A DNA stretch of 55,666 nt from Gemmatimonadota bacterium (GTDB taxonomy: Bacteria; Gemmatimonadota; Gemmatimonadetes; Palauibacterales; KS3-K002), in contig JBDHHL010000002.1 of the NCBI GenBank assembly GCA_039589375.1, forward strand, positions 1 through 55,666. The letters are read 5' to 3'. Position numbers and translations under genes: made by a program. Positions 1 to 11,490 of the stretch are shown here, piece by piece. The notes beneath the pieces are model-generated. The model was not told where the DNA came from. It saw only the letters and a list, made by a program, of their open reading frames with translations, and did no database searches. The stretch's first letter is position 1. Each line of letters starts with the position of its first letter.

Positions 1-2864
1 CGAAGCTCGAAGTTGGCGGTGACCAAGCGGCTCCCGAACAGCTGGTCGTAGATCGGGCAAGGGCTATTGTTCAACCCGATGAACGAACTGTTGCCCGACG
101 GAGGTGAGGCGCATTCGCCGTATCCGAACGAACCCGAGTCATATCCTCGGACCAGCTGCTGGTACCCGAGGAACAGCGCTTGCATCCGCAGATCTTCGCC
201 GCCGCTCCCGTAACGGCCGAAGTGCAGGAGGCGCCCGGCCAGCGTGTACGGCGCCAGCGGCATGAAGTAGCGACGGTAATCCGCGAGGGCTCCGACGTAG
301 TTGAGCGAGCCGAAGTTTGGCGCGACTTCCAACCGGTAGCGCTGCCCCAGCACGGGCCCGGTGTAACCGAAGAACGTGTTGTCGTAGACGAGGGCGGCGG
401 TGGCCGTTCCCAGATTGAGCGCTCTCGGCGTGCAAAGCGAGATGAAGATGTCCTCATCCGTCTCGCATTTCGGGAACTCCTCTTTCGTCTCGTCGAGCAG
501 GCTGCCCGCGGGTGACAGGGTTCTGGTAATGAGCTCGTAGTCGTACGAGATATTTCGGTAGCGGCCACTGAACTCGACACGCTGTACACGATTCAGCGGG
601 TAGATCAGCGAACCCATCAGCTCGCGGCTCGTCTGGCGCAATCTCAGCTCTTGCTCGAGGAACTCTCCCGTCGTTGGATCGAGGCCGAAGCCGAATCGCC
701 GGTTCAGGATCGGGACCTGGCCACCGGTCACACCCCAGTTCCAGCGCGACCTGCGGTTGTTGTAGCCGACAATCGCGGCAATATCCTGGAAGCTGCCGTT
801 GACCTGGAGTAGCGTGGCGAGAGAGTGCTCGCCCAGGTTGTCGCTCCAGAACAGCGCTGTTCCACCGCCCACAAAGGTCCCGTAGCGGTCGCTGCCAACG
901 GCAACCTGGGGCGGAGCGATATAGTCCAGCGACAGGCCGGCGCTGTACTTGGCCGTCTCGAACTCGTCGGAGGTTACCGGCAGGCCGAGTTCCGCGTTCC
1001 CGACCAACGCCATTACATCCCCCACGGCCCGGTCTGCCGGTGGAAGCACGGCTGGGCTGATCTCGGCGAGCGGCGGCAGCACCGGCCCCCCTTCGAGCAC
1101 CGCCGTGGAATCGATTGCGTAGATCGTATACCGGTCGCCTTCGTAGGCGCTGAACACGATCCGATCAGCATCGCTCGCCACCGACATAGCCGGACTGAGC
1201 TCGGTGATACCGCTGACGCCCGTCGTCAGGTTGGTGACTTGGTAGATGGCGCTATCTGACAGGTCCACCCGGTAGATGTTGCTGATGCCGTTGGCATCGG
1301 ACAGGAAGTACAGGCTCGACCCGTCCGACGACCACTGTGGATTGATGTTCTTGGCAGCCGGGAAGCCGGGGACGCGCTCGATTTCTCCCGACACAGGATC
1401 GATGAGGGCCAGTTGGTACGCTCCCCAATCGAGCGTCCGCAGATCGGTGGTGAACCGGTCGGTGACAAAGGCTATACGGCTGCCGTCGGGAGACCACTCC
1501 GGCTGGAGATCAGCATACGGGTCATCGGTCAGTTGACGCCACTCACCCGTTTCCATGTCGAGGACGAAGAGGTCCATCAGGCCGCCAACCGCTGCGGCGT
1601 AGACGATATGTCGCCCATCCGGAGAAAAGGCCGGGTTGAAGATCTCTCCTGCCTCCGAGATCTTGAACTCCCTGACGGCCTTTCCGCGCTCGGCATCAAT
1701 GACGGTGATGATCGGCTTCCCCCTGCTCACACCTGCAAAGACGAACTCGCGACCGTTGGGGTGCCAATTTCCGGCCGAATTGATGAACTGCAGACTCTCG
1801 TAGTGCGGGTCCGTGGCCGTCTTGAGGATCTTCTTATTGACCTTCCCCGTCTCCGAGTCGGCGCGGAACATCTCGATGGAGAATCGATCCTTCTCCGACA
1901 GGAAGACGACCTCCGATCCGTCCGGGCTAATCGAGGGCGCGATGTTCAGGTTACCGCTGCCAGTTTCCGGAGAGATAACGACACGGCCGAACTCGCTCGC
2001 CGGCTGCGTGACTTCGACTAAGCCCTCGTAGGCTTCACGGATAGACTCTTCCCACGAAGCCATCAGCTCGTCCGGCGAGATCTGGAGAACGCCGGCGATG
2101 GCCTGCGCTACGTTCCCCGTCGTTGAGGCTGCCTTGAGAATCTCGCCGACCGCTGGATCGCCCCAGCGACCCCCTATGTAGGCCCAAAGCGCGTGGCCGT
2201 ACCGGTAAGGGAAGTACTTCGGGTTGGCCAAATCGCGGAAGGTGGGAAAGACGTCTCTGCGCACCGCATCGTGCATCCACATGGCGGTGTGCGCGTAGAC
2301 CGGCCCCAGCGACAGGTATTCCGCCATTCCCTCGATGAACCAGAGCGGCATAGCGAGCGCCGTGGGGAACCCGCCCCCGATGGCCGAGCGTGACTGCGTC
2401 GTTATGTCGAACTGAAACGCGTGCACCAACTCGTGGCCTAGTACATGGTCGGTCTCGGCCAGTGAGCCGGCCATCGGGAGGACGACCCTCCGCTTGAACG
2501 CCTCGGTGACACCGCCGGTGGCTTCATCGATCGTGCCATAGAGGGCCGTCGTTTGCTCGAAGTCGGGGTGGTCGGCGTAGAGGATGATCGTCTGCCGGCC
2601 GCTCAACTCATGATTGAACAGCCGCGACAGTCGCGCGTACCAACGCTCGGCCATCCTACCGGCCTGATCGACAGCATCCCGCGCCTCCGGGTAATAGAGG
2701 ATATCGAAGTGGGCGGTCTTCAGTGTCTTGAAGTCGAATTTCTCGTACTGAACCTTGTTCCGACCGAAGTACTGGGCCTCCGCCACACCTGCCCCCGGAC
2801 CCACGGCCAGAAACAGAGCCAGAGCCAAGCCTACCGCATACGGACGAGCGCCGTCGAATCTCAT
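1..2864 (-). CDS. Partial (3' end off-window) multidomain outer-membrane protein: zinc-metallopeptidase-like domain (HExxH) + TolB-like WD40 beta-propeller repeats + Omp85/surface-antigen-like C-terminal barrel
   Basis: Absent from the ORF track because no stop lies inside the window. Hand translation of the minus strand from ATG (complement of 2862-2864, preceded by GGAGGA) stays open to base 1. Signal-like N-term MRFDGARPYAVGLALALFLAVGPGAGVAEAQ. GHELVHAF motif. Repeated TolB-type blades (FSPDGRHIVY, WSPDGSRIAF, WSSDGSSLYF). Barrel-like C-terminal region ending ...GSRLVTANFEL at the window edge. Confidence 0.8.
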   Translation of the reverse strand, partial: MRFDGARPYAVGLALALFLAVGPGAGVAEAQYFGRNKVQYEKFDFKTLKTAHFDILYYPEARDAVDQAGRMAERWYARLSRLFNHELSGRQTIILYADHPDFEQTTALYGTIDEATGGVTEAFKRRVVLPMAGSLAETDHVLGHELVHAFQFDITTQSRSAIGGGFPTALAMPLWFIEGMAEYLSLGPVYAHTAMWMHDAVRRDVFPTFRDLANPKYFPYRYGHALWAYIGGRWGDPAVGEILKAASTTGNVAQAIAGVLQISPDELMASWEESIREAYEGLVEVTQPASEFGRVVISPETGSGNLNIAPSISPDGSEVVFLSEKDRFSIEMFRADSETGKVNKKILKTATDPHYESLQFINSAGNWHPNGREFVFAGVSRGKPIITVIDAERGKAVREFKISEAGEIFNPAFSPDGRHIVYAAAVGGLMDLFVLDMETGEWRQLTDDPYADLQPEWSPDGSRIAFVTDRFTTDLRTLDWGAYQLALIDPVSGEIERVPGFPAAKNINPQWSSDGSSLYFLSDANGISNIYRVDLSDSAIYQVTNLTTGVSGITELSPAMSVASDADRIVFSAYEGDRYTIYAIDSTAVLEGGPVLPPLAEISPAVLPPADRAVGDVMALVGNAELGLPVTSDEFETAKYSAGLSLDYIAPPQVAVGSDRYGTFVGGGTALFWSDNLGEHSLATLLQVNGSFQDIAAIVGYNNRRSRWNWGVTGGQVPILNRRFGFGLDPTTGEFLEQELRLRQTSRELMGSLIYPLNRVQRVEFSGRYRNISYDYELITRTLSPAGSLLDETKEEFPKCETDEDIFISLCTPRALNLGTATAALVYDNTFFGYTGPVLGQRYRLEVAPNFGSLNYVGALADYRRYFMPLAPYTLAGRLLHFGRYGSGGEDLRMQALFLGYQQLVRGYDSGSFGYGECASPPSGNSSFIGLNNSPCPIYDQLFGSRLVTANFEL

Positions 2865-3151
2865 CGGGTCCTCCAACAACCGAGCAACCAGGGCCAGTTA
2901 CCGCTTGGCCGAGCGCGCAAAACAGGCCAAGCCTTGCAAAGATACGCGACCCGGCGCCGGCGCGCGACCTTCGGTGCCGGGCGCTCAGGCGCGAACCGGC
3001 CAGTCACCCCGAGGGACCGGCCGATTCTCCTAGCGTCTACCCATTCCAGTGCCTTACTACCCTGTATAACGCCCGGCGGCACGCCCTTGTTCCATCTACC
3101 TAATACCCAGCGAGACCCACCAGGCACCGCGCCAGCACAGCAGCGTACCGT

Positions 3152-3694
3152 TTACTGACGAGCAAGCAATACAGGCTCGCCATACAAGTCTTCGAGCCGT
3201 TCCCTGATCGATTCGTGCTGAACCGCCTCGAGGCAGATCGATTGCATCTCCTCCCAGACCGCAATCACCGAGTTTGCGACCTGCGCGTATCGCAGCGTGT
3301 CGCCCCGGGCCTGCAGCGACGCCATCAGGGGCAGCACATCCTCTATCGCCTGGCGATATGGGGCGAGGCAGCCAGTGAGGCCCGGCCCAACCAGGCGTCC
3401 GATGTGCTCGAGGTGCGCCGATCGCGGCCCTTGTATCTCGGCCACGATGATCGAGAGCGCTTCCTTATCAGGCTCCGGTACCGCCGGCGTGACCACCCCC
3501 CCAGCCGCTGCAGCGTGGTACGAGAACCGTTTCGGAGAGGGAACGGTCTTCGTCGCCGGCAGGGTAGTGCCGTCGGTCTCCTCCGCCTCGATCACGCGAA
3601 TCCAGCGATTTCCGGCTGGCCTGTTTGCCAGCAGCAGCGCCATGGCAAACACGGTGCATACGGCAATCAGTGCGCGGTATCTCTTGATGTTCAT
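3152..3694 (-). CDS. Hypothetical membrane-anchored or secreted protein
   Basis: 180-aa ORF. AGGAG about 13 nt upstream of the ATG. N-terminal hydrophobic anchor ALIAVCTVFAMALLLA. No recognisable family. Confidence 0.55.
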   Translation of the reverse strand: MNIKRYRALIAVCTVFAMALLLANRPAGNRWIRVIEAEETDGTTLPATKTVPSPKRFSYHAAAAGGVVTPAVPEPDKEALSIIVAEIQGPRSAHLEHIGRLVGPGLTGCLAPYRQAIEDVLPLMASLQARGDTLRYAQVANSVIAVWEEMQSICLEAVQHESIRERLEDLYGEPVLLARQ

Positions 3695-3978
3695 TTATGG
3701 ACAAGTCTCCTATCAGGTTCTCATCAAATAGGCACCAATAGCTACTCGGCCTTCGTACAGTGATGACAGTCGTGCCCTCCGCTTCGTTAAACGGGCAGTG
3801 CCCGATTGCCGCGCCCAGAGCCCACCGCTAGAATGCCGTAGTCGTAGGCTGCGGGTATCCGCAAGACGGCGCTCTGCAGCCGACTACCAGTGATATCTTC
3901 TGGCAACACCTGACCTGCCGAGACGGCGGATCGGTGCCCGGCGAGTGGTCGCGGGGGCCTCGTATCGTGAACGACGGC

Positions 3979-4010
3979 CGTCAGGGGATCAGAATCCGTA
4001 CGTCAGGGGA
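3979..4010. promoter_or_regulatory. 10-bp direct repeat CGTCAGGGGA x2 (3979-3988, 4001-4010), 22 bp centre to centre, just upstream of the channel gene; possible regulator site
   Basis: Read directly from the sequence: ggCCGTCAGGGGAtcagaatccgtaCGTCAGGGGAgaacc. It lies 18 nt upstream of the 4028 ATG. Confidence 0.2.
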
Positions 4011-4027
4011 GAACCCGGGACCAGCTG

Positions 4028-5032
4028 ATGAGCAGGCGTGACAGCGACCGGAACAACGCGCCCAGTCTCTTGACCGCCGCTTCGGTGGACCGGCCAGCGA
4101 TCACGCTTCGCGAGGCACTCGGGCCATTCCGGCGTCGCTTCGGATGGGCGGGTATCTACTTCTTGGTCGTCTTCCTCGTCGGCATGGTGGGCTATATGCT
4201 CATCGAGCACTGGCGATGGTTCGATGCCCTTTACATGGCGGTCACTACGGTCACGTCGGTGGGGTTCATGGAGGTACGCCCCCTGACGCCTGCCGGCCGT
4301 TCGTTTACGATCGCGATCGAGAACTTGAAGAATCACTTCATCGTCTGTGGCGCGGGCCGGATGGGGCGAGTCGTTGTGGCCGAACTCATCGAATCGGGGC
4401 ACCCATTCGTGGTGATCGAGAACAACCCGTCACGCCTCGCCACGTTGCTCGAACTGCACTCCGAAGTGCTCATGGTCGAAGGAGATGCGACCCGCGAACA
4501 GACGCTGAGGAGCGCTCGAATCGCTCGCGCCAGCGGACTCGCGACTTGCCTAGCCGACGATGCCGACAACCTGCTGGTCTGCATCACCGCCCGTCACCTC
4601 AACCCGGAGTTGACCACGGTCGCCCGGGCCTACAACGAAGAATCCGTCGAGAAGCTCAGACGTGCCGGGGCCGAACACGTCGTGTCGCCCAATCAGAGCG
4701 GCGGCATACGCATGGCCTTCTCGCTCCTGCGCCCGTACGTCGTGAGCTTCCTGGACTGCGTGATCGCTGATGCGGGACTCGAACTGCGGCTGGAACAAGC
4801 AACCATTCCGGCGACGTCCCACCTCATGGGCCAGACGCTTGCCGAGGCAAAGATCCCACAGCGGACGGGCCTCATCATCCTGGGGCTCCGCCGAGCCGGC
4901 GAGGACGGACCGCTCACCTACAATCCAGGGCCGGAAACCCGACTCGAAGCCGGGGACGTGATGATCGTGATGGGCGGGGCAGGTCAGGTCCAGCAGCTTC
5001 GGGACTACGCCGACGTCGCCCTCGAGGTGTGA
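4028..5032 (+). CDS. K+ channel-like protein with RCK/TrkA-N and TrkA-C domains (atypical pore, see findings)
   Basis: TM1 IYFLVVFLVGMVGYMLI. Pore-helix and filter-like WFDALYMAVTTVTSVGF. Rossmann HFIVCGAGRMGRVV and the rest of an RCK NAD-binding fold. C-terminal TrkA-C-like LEQATIP...GDVMIVMG. Confidence 0.8.
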   Translation: MSRRDSDRNNAPSLLTAASVDRPAITLREALGPFRRRFGWAGIYFLVVFLVGMVGYMLIEHWRWFDALYMAVTTVTSVGFMEVRPLTPAGRSFTIAIENLKNHFIVCGAGRMGRVVVAELIESGHPFVVIENNPSRLATLLELHSEVLMVEGDATREQTLRSARIARASGLATCLADDADNLLVCITARHLNPELTTVARAYNEESVEKLRRAGAEHVVSPNQSGGIRMAFSLLRPYVVSFLDCVIADAGLELRLEQATIPATSHLMGQTLAEAKIPQRTGLIILGLRRAGEDGPLTYNPGPETRLEAGDVMIVMGGAGQVQQLRDYADVALEV

Positions 5033-5035
5033 GAT

Positions 5036-5058
5036 AGGACGTCGCCGTCGGACGTCCT
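5036..5058. terminator. Hairpin between convergent genes (AGGACGTC / 7-nt loop / GACGTCCT), likely bidirectional terminator
   Basis: Perfect 8-bp inverted repeat between the channel stop (5030-5032) and the gyrB stop (5078-5080). No clear T-run. Confidence 0.4.
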
Positions 5059-5077
5059 GCAGCTCGTAGAATTCGGC

Positions 5078-7174
<2,097 letters not shown>

Positions 7175-7210
7175 CTATGTGTCAATCACGAGCATCTTGA
7201 CGCCCCAGTC

Positions 7211-7525
7211 TCAAAGGCCTTCGTCGAGCCTGAAGACGATCTTCTCGAACTTGCCGCGCCTACGTCCGGCATTGAGCCTGGCCAGAATACGGCGCTCCAT
7301 CAATTGAAGCTCCATCAACCAGGCCGACGAGCGCACTTCAACGAACAGTGTCGCCCGATCGAAACCCACGGGCCTCGCGACACGCGCGATCTGAGGGCCG
7401 ACCAACTCAGGCCATTCCGGAAGGACGGCTGCACGCTCGACTCCTTCCGCCAAACCGCGCGATCGCAGCACCCCTTCGATCAGCCGCCCAATTCGCTCGA
7501 ACGACCCGCCACGCTTCTCGCTCAT
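7211..7525 (-). CDS. DUF721 / DciA-like protein
   Basis: 104 aa. ATGA overlap with the recF stop. Sits in the typical recF-DUF721-gyrB position. Sequence pattern ...LPEWPELVGPQIARVARPVGFDRATLFVEVRSSAWLMELQ matches the DUF721 family as I know it. Confidence 0.8.
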   Translation of the reverse strand: MSEKRGGSFERIGRLIEGVLRSRGLAEGVERAAVLPEWPELVGPQIARVARPVGFDRATLFVEVRSSAWLMELQLMERRILARLNAGRRRGKFEKIVFRLDEGL

Positions 7526-8661
7526 ACAGGGCGCATCTTGCCGTTTTCGATTCGGTATTCCGCAAGGCTACCCCCCATGAAAGCGAACTCATCCGGCTTG
7601 GGGGACGTCACGATCACCTGACCCCACTTTTCGGCGGTCAGCAGATCCACGACCCGTCCCGCGCGCATGGGATCGAGCTCTGCGAATACGTCATCTAACA
7701 TCACAATCGGGCGGCGGCCCCGCGCGACGCGCAGCGCTTCCGCCTCGACCATCCGTAAAGCTACCGCCGCCGTCCGTTGTTGGCCCGCCGAACCGAAACT
7801 TCGGAGCAACACGGAATCCGACCCGCCCGTCACCGAAAAGCTCAGGTCATCGCGGTGCGGGCCAACCAACGTAAGACCGCGTCGTCGCTCTCGTTCCACC
7901 TGGCGCTCCAACTCGACCAGGAAGGATCGCGCCCAGGACTCGCGGGCCGCGGGCTCAGTTGCCGCATCACCCGGCTCCGGTGCACGTACGGACGGCCGAT
8001 ACTTCAGCGCTGCCTCCTGCCCACCGGAAATCGCGGTGTAGTAGCGGGCGAAGCTGTCGCGCCTGGCAGTCACCCAGCGCGCTCTCGTCTCGAGGATCCG
8101 GCTTCCGGCTTCCACAAGGCCGTCGTTCCATGCCGCCAGCTCGAGCGGGCCGGCACCATCCCGTAACAGGCCGTTCCGCTGTGATAGAACCTGGCGGTAG
8201 CGCTGCAGGGCCAGCAGGTAGCCGGGCTCACCGAGCGAGAGGACGATATCGAGGAACCGCCGTCTAGCACCGGGTCCCCCAACGACGATTTCGACGTCGC
8301 TGGCTGTGAATACGATTGCGCCGACCCGGCCGATGGCATCGCCAACGCGATCGGGCTCATCACCGTCGACGGTGACCTTCTTCCGGCGACCGTCGCGCGA
8401 GTAGCCGGCCGCAACATCCACTTCCCCGCTGTCGCCCGATAAGTGCCCTTCAACCCGGAAATACTCCCGCCCGAAACTCACGAGCTGATCGTCACGCGCC
8501 CCTCTAAGTGAGCGGAAGATCTCGAGGTAGTAGATTGCCTCCAGCAGGTTGGTCTTGCCCTGACCGTTGTCGCCTATCAGGGCCGCTCCACGCTCTGGAA
8601 GCTCGACGACCTCGTCCTCAAAATTCCGGAAATGCCGGAGACCCAACCGCTGGAGAAACAC
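7522..8661 (-). CDS. recF: DNA replication and repair protein RecF
   Basis: N-term FLQRLGLRHFRNF plus Walker A GDNGQGKTNLLEAIY. C-terminal signature SAGQQRTAAVALR and Walker B IVMLDDVFAELD. GTG start. Confidence 0.93.
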   Translation of the reverse strand: MFLQRLGLRHFRNFEDEVVELPERGAALIGDNGQGKTNLLEAIYYLEIFRSLRGARDDQLVSFGREYFRVEGHLSGDSGEVDVAAGYSRDGRRKKVTVDGDEPDRVGDAIGRVGAIVFTASDVEIVVGGPGARRRFLDIVLSLGEPGYLLALQRYRQVLSQRNGLLRDGAGPLELAAWNDGLVEAGSRILETRARWVTARRDSFARYYTAISGGQEAALKYRPSVRAPEPGDAATEPAARESWARSFLVELERQVERERRRGLTLVGPHRDDLSFSVTGGSDSVLLRSFGSAGQQRTAAVALRMVEAEALRVARGRRPIVMLDDVFAELDPMRAGRVVDLLTAEKWGQVIVTSPKPDEFAFMGGSLAEYRIENGKMRPV

Positions 8662-8821
8662 CTAGAAAATTTAGGTATTCTAGCGGCCTTTTCAAGGTGC
8701 GGTCGGGTGAAAAATATCAGCTGTTTCGCCTGTTTTGCGGGGTGCGGCGGGTGTAGCGAGAAGTTACCAGCGAGTTGCCGTGACGCACCGGCCCAGCCGC
8801 ACGCGGCGGCACACGCGCCTC

Positions 8822-9274
8822 CTAGAATTCCCTACAAGCGAGGGGGAAGACGTCGCACTCTATGACCATGACCACCACCGCCTCCGACACGTGCCGCTGC
8901 CCGATCAGGTCTTCCGCGATGCCGCGAAACTGGAGGTGTGTACCTGTTTCGAACCGCGGGATCCTGACTTCGAAGTCAACCTGTACAACTTCCTCTGGTT
9001 CGCTGAACTCCGCTCGGCCCAACGCAAGCGTATCGGATGAATTGGCACGGGCGAGGAAGAATTCGACGGCGGTTATCAACCCCGAGGCCTCGACGACGAC
9101 TATGTGCGTAGAGTCTGCCGCGACGGAGGTTTCCTTCGGTGGCGCGACGACTGCGACGGTGGTGGCTGGTAGCGGTGCCCCGAGGCCCGTAGGGCGGTCG
9201 CGAGATGTCTCACAACCTGCCAAGGCCAGGACGCCCATAGCCGCCAGGGGCAGCAAATACTTCAGGGTCTTCAT
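8822..9274 (-). CDS. Hypothetical lipoprotein
   Basis: Signal peptide plus lipobox MKTLKYLLPLAAMGVLALAGC. Beta-rich remainder with no family call. Confidence 0.6.
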   Translation of the reverse strand: MKTLKYLLPLAAMGVLALAGCETSRDRPTGLGAPLPATTVAVVAPPKETSVAADSTHIVVVEASGLITAVEFFLARANSSDTLALGRAEFSEPEEVVQVDFEVRIPRFETGTHLQFRGIAEDLIGQRHVSEAVVVMVIECDVFPLACREF

Positions 9275-9467
9275 CGGAGAGAACTTGACCTCCCGAAGGT
9301 TTGCAGGCCCGCGCCCACTTCTAATATGCTAAATTCCGAAGTCGACCGGAACCGGCCCCTTCCCGAGTACTCTTACTATCCTCGGCCCGACTGACGGCCC
9401 AGAAGGATGCCCACCTTCTCGAGTGCCGCCATAGAGCCCCGGCCCTTGGCCAACCGCTCGCGGCATG

Positions 9468-10286
9468 TCACTTCAGCAGATCGCGCCAGGACGGCCTCTC
9501 GCGTTCCAGCGGCTCGTCGTGTTCAACACGATCGAGCACTCCGTTGAGCACCAACCGCATCCTGTCTACCGCGCGGCGATAACCCGCGCGCGCGAGAGAG
9601 ACCGTTGCAACCAGGAAGGCCGGAGAAAGTAGCGCCAACGCGTTCGGGATTTCCGCGCCTGAAGCGATGATCCCGGTAGCAACCATGCTCAGCGGCACTC
9701 CGGCGCCGACCCCCAGCCCCCAGAACCAGCCGGCCCTGTCGTTGCCCAAATCGAGCGTCAACGACACCTGGCTCGATTCCTCGTCAAGCGGGACCACCCG
9801 CAGCTCGACAGCTTTGCTCTTCTTGGCCAGCTGGTAGCCCTTACCGAGCAGGTCGAGTCCTCGCATTAATGAAGCCACAACGCCGCTCTCGGGTTCCCAC
9901 AAGGAACCGATCTGGGTGCGCCGGACCGATCGGAGGCTCTCGTTCGCTTGGAAGTGCGACTCGAGCTCCAGCTTGACCTCCTCGGCGGGCCTCGGGACAA
10001 TCCGGGTCGCCGTAACGAGGCTGGAGCCGCACAGGCGTGTGGCCCAGCCCCGCTCGGTCAGCAGGGTTCCGTCCGGCGAAGCAGCATGGTATTCTGCCAA
10101 CGCCCTGCGGATATTGGCCTCGGACAGACCGACCTCGGCAGCGATCCGGATCACATCGGCCTCACTGAGCTCCGGCACGGTGGCACCTGCCTCGGACTCC
10201 AGTTCCGCGGCCCGCCGAATAACGGCTTCCAAATCCCGGCGCGTTATGAGGTGGCCGCCGGCCTCATCCATCGCTTGGCGCTCCAC
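9468..10286 (-). CDS. Hypothetical membrane protein, co-transcribed downstream of the SPFH gene
   Basis: 272-aa ORF starting 19 nt after the SPFH stop. C-terminal hydrophobic pair WFWGLGVGAGVPLSMVATGIIA / LLSPAFLVATVSLA. The start may be GTG 10286 or ATG 10271. Confidence 0.55.
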   Translation of the reverse strand: MERQAMDEAGGHLITRRDLEAVIRRAAELESEAGATVPELSEADVIRIAAEVGLSEANIRRALAEYHAASPDGTLLTERGWATRLCGSSLVTATRIVPRPAEEVKLELESHFQANESLRSVRRTQIGSLWEPESGVVASLMRGLDLLGKGYQLAKKSKAVELRVVPLDEESSQVSLTLDLGNDRAGWFWGLGVGAGVPLSMVATGIIASGAEIPNALALLSPAFLVATVSLARAGYRRAVDRMRLVLNGVLDRVEHDEPLERERPSWRDLLK

Positions 10287-10304
10287 CTGTTCCTGAGGGA
10301 CAAA

Positions 10305-11198
10305 TCATTCTTCCCTCTTCTCCACCGGGACCGGCTCGCCGGAGGCGAGACGACCGGGCATCGCATCAGGCGCCGGCAACTCCTTGGCCTCTTCCTCGAC
10401 CTCTTCCTCGAACTCCTCTGCTTCCTCCTCCAGAGCCTCGGCCGGTAGTGCGCCGGCGGCCCGCATGAACGGCTTGAAGAGATCCATCGGGATGGGGAAG
10501 AGCGTCGTCGAGTTGTTCTCCGCGGCGATCTCGGAGACCGTTTGGAGGAAGCGTAACTGCAAGGATGCAGGGTCGCCGCTCATGATTCTGGCGGCCGCTA
10601 CGAGGTTGCGAGAGGCCTGGTACTCGCCCCGCGCGTTCACGACCTTCGCCCGCCGCTCACGCTCGGCTTCCGCCTGGCGAGCCATCGCCCGCTTCATCTC
10701 CTGTGGAAGATCGATGTCCTTCACCTCCACCGCGGTGACCTCTATGCCCCAGACATCGGTCTGCTCGTCGATGATCGTGCGCAGCATGTCGTTGTACTTT
10801 TCACGCTCGGCAAGCAGATCGTCCAGCTCGGCCTGCCCGATCACCGATCGAAGCGTCGTCTGCGCCAGTTGAGAGGTGGCGAAGAGGAAGTCCTCCACCT
10901 CGACTATGGCTTTGACCGGAACGTTGACGCGAAAGTAGAGGACCGCATTGACCTTCACAGAGACGTTGTCGCGTGTGATCACGTCCTGCGGCGGGATGTC
11001 CATCGCGACGATCCGCAGGCTCACCCGTTGCATACGCTCGATGCCGAACGGGACGAGAAAGATGAGTCCGGGTCCTCGCGGGGCACGCAGCCGCCCGAGG
11101 CGAAATACCACCGCCCGCTCGTATTCCCACAGAACCCTGAGACTGGTGGCCAGCGCTGTAGCTCCGGCCACGGCGAGACCTGCAAGTAGGTATTCCAA
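10305..11198 (-). CDS. SPFH/Band 7 (stomatin-like) protein with an acidic C-terminal tail
   Basis: [12 protein letters not shown]...[25 protein letters not shown]...[29 protein letters not shown]. The track ORF runs to 11609 but would overlap the cytochrome c gene, and third-position GC looks low upstream. I chose TTG 11196-11198, preceded by GGGGGG. The start is uncertain. Confidence 0.78.
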   Translation of the reverse strand: MEYLLAGLAVAGATALATSLRVLWEYERAVVFRLGRLRAPRGPGLIFLVPFGIERMQRVSLRIVAMDIPPQDVITRDNVSVKVNAVLYFRVNVPVKAIVEVEDFLFATSQLAQTTLRSVIGQAELDDLLAEREKYNDMLRTIIDEQTDVWGIEVTAVEVKDIDLPQEMKRAMARQAEAERERRAKVVNARGEYQASRNLVAAARIMSGDPASLQLRFLQTVSEIAAENNSTTLFPIPMDLFKPFMRAAGALPAEALEEEAEEFEEEVEEEAKELPAPDAMPGRLASGEPVPVEKREE

Positions 11199-11490
11199 AA
11201 CCGACCCCCCTGTTGATTCCGCCACTACGACGGGGACTGTCCAGACGGCTAAGAGTATCGGAAGTTTGAAAGTTAGCCCTCCGCAAAGACTCGCGCGAGA
11301 ACGTCGAGGCGTCGGCGGTAGAAGTAATGGGATCCAGGCGTAGCCCAAGCGAGGGTCGGAGAAAGTGAAATGCCAGAAGCTAGGAGACAGATGTCGACCC
11401 CCGGAGGCCATCCAGGAACGGTCGCCTGCCACTGGCACCGCTCCCGCGCCCGCCGGGGGCCGGGTCGAGCTTGGTCTGCTGAAACCGCCG

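Noticed and set aside
2865-3151. A 287-nt GC-rich untranslated spacer upstream of the peptidase/Omp85-like gene. It has a 9-bp hairpin (CCCGGCGCC 2950-2958 / GGTGCCGGG 2973-2981) and might be an ncRNA or riboswitch.
   Set aside because: No recognisable RNA family motif. The hairpin pairs better on the plus strand (G.U) than on the coding minus strand (C.A mismatch), and no T-run follows. It is left as an unexplained long leader.
8662-8821. The region upstream of recF as a possible oriC or DnaA-box cluster.
   Set aside because: No TTATCCACA-like boxes or AT-rich unwinding element are visible, and dnaA and dnaN are absent from the window.
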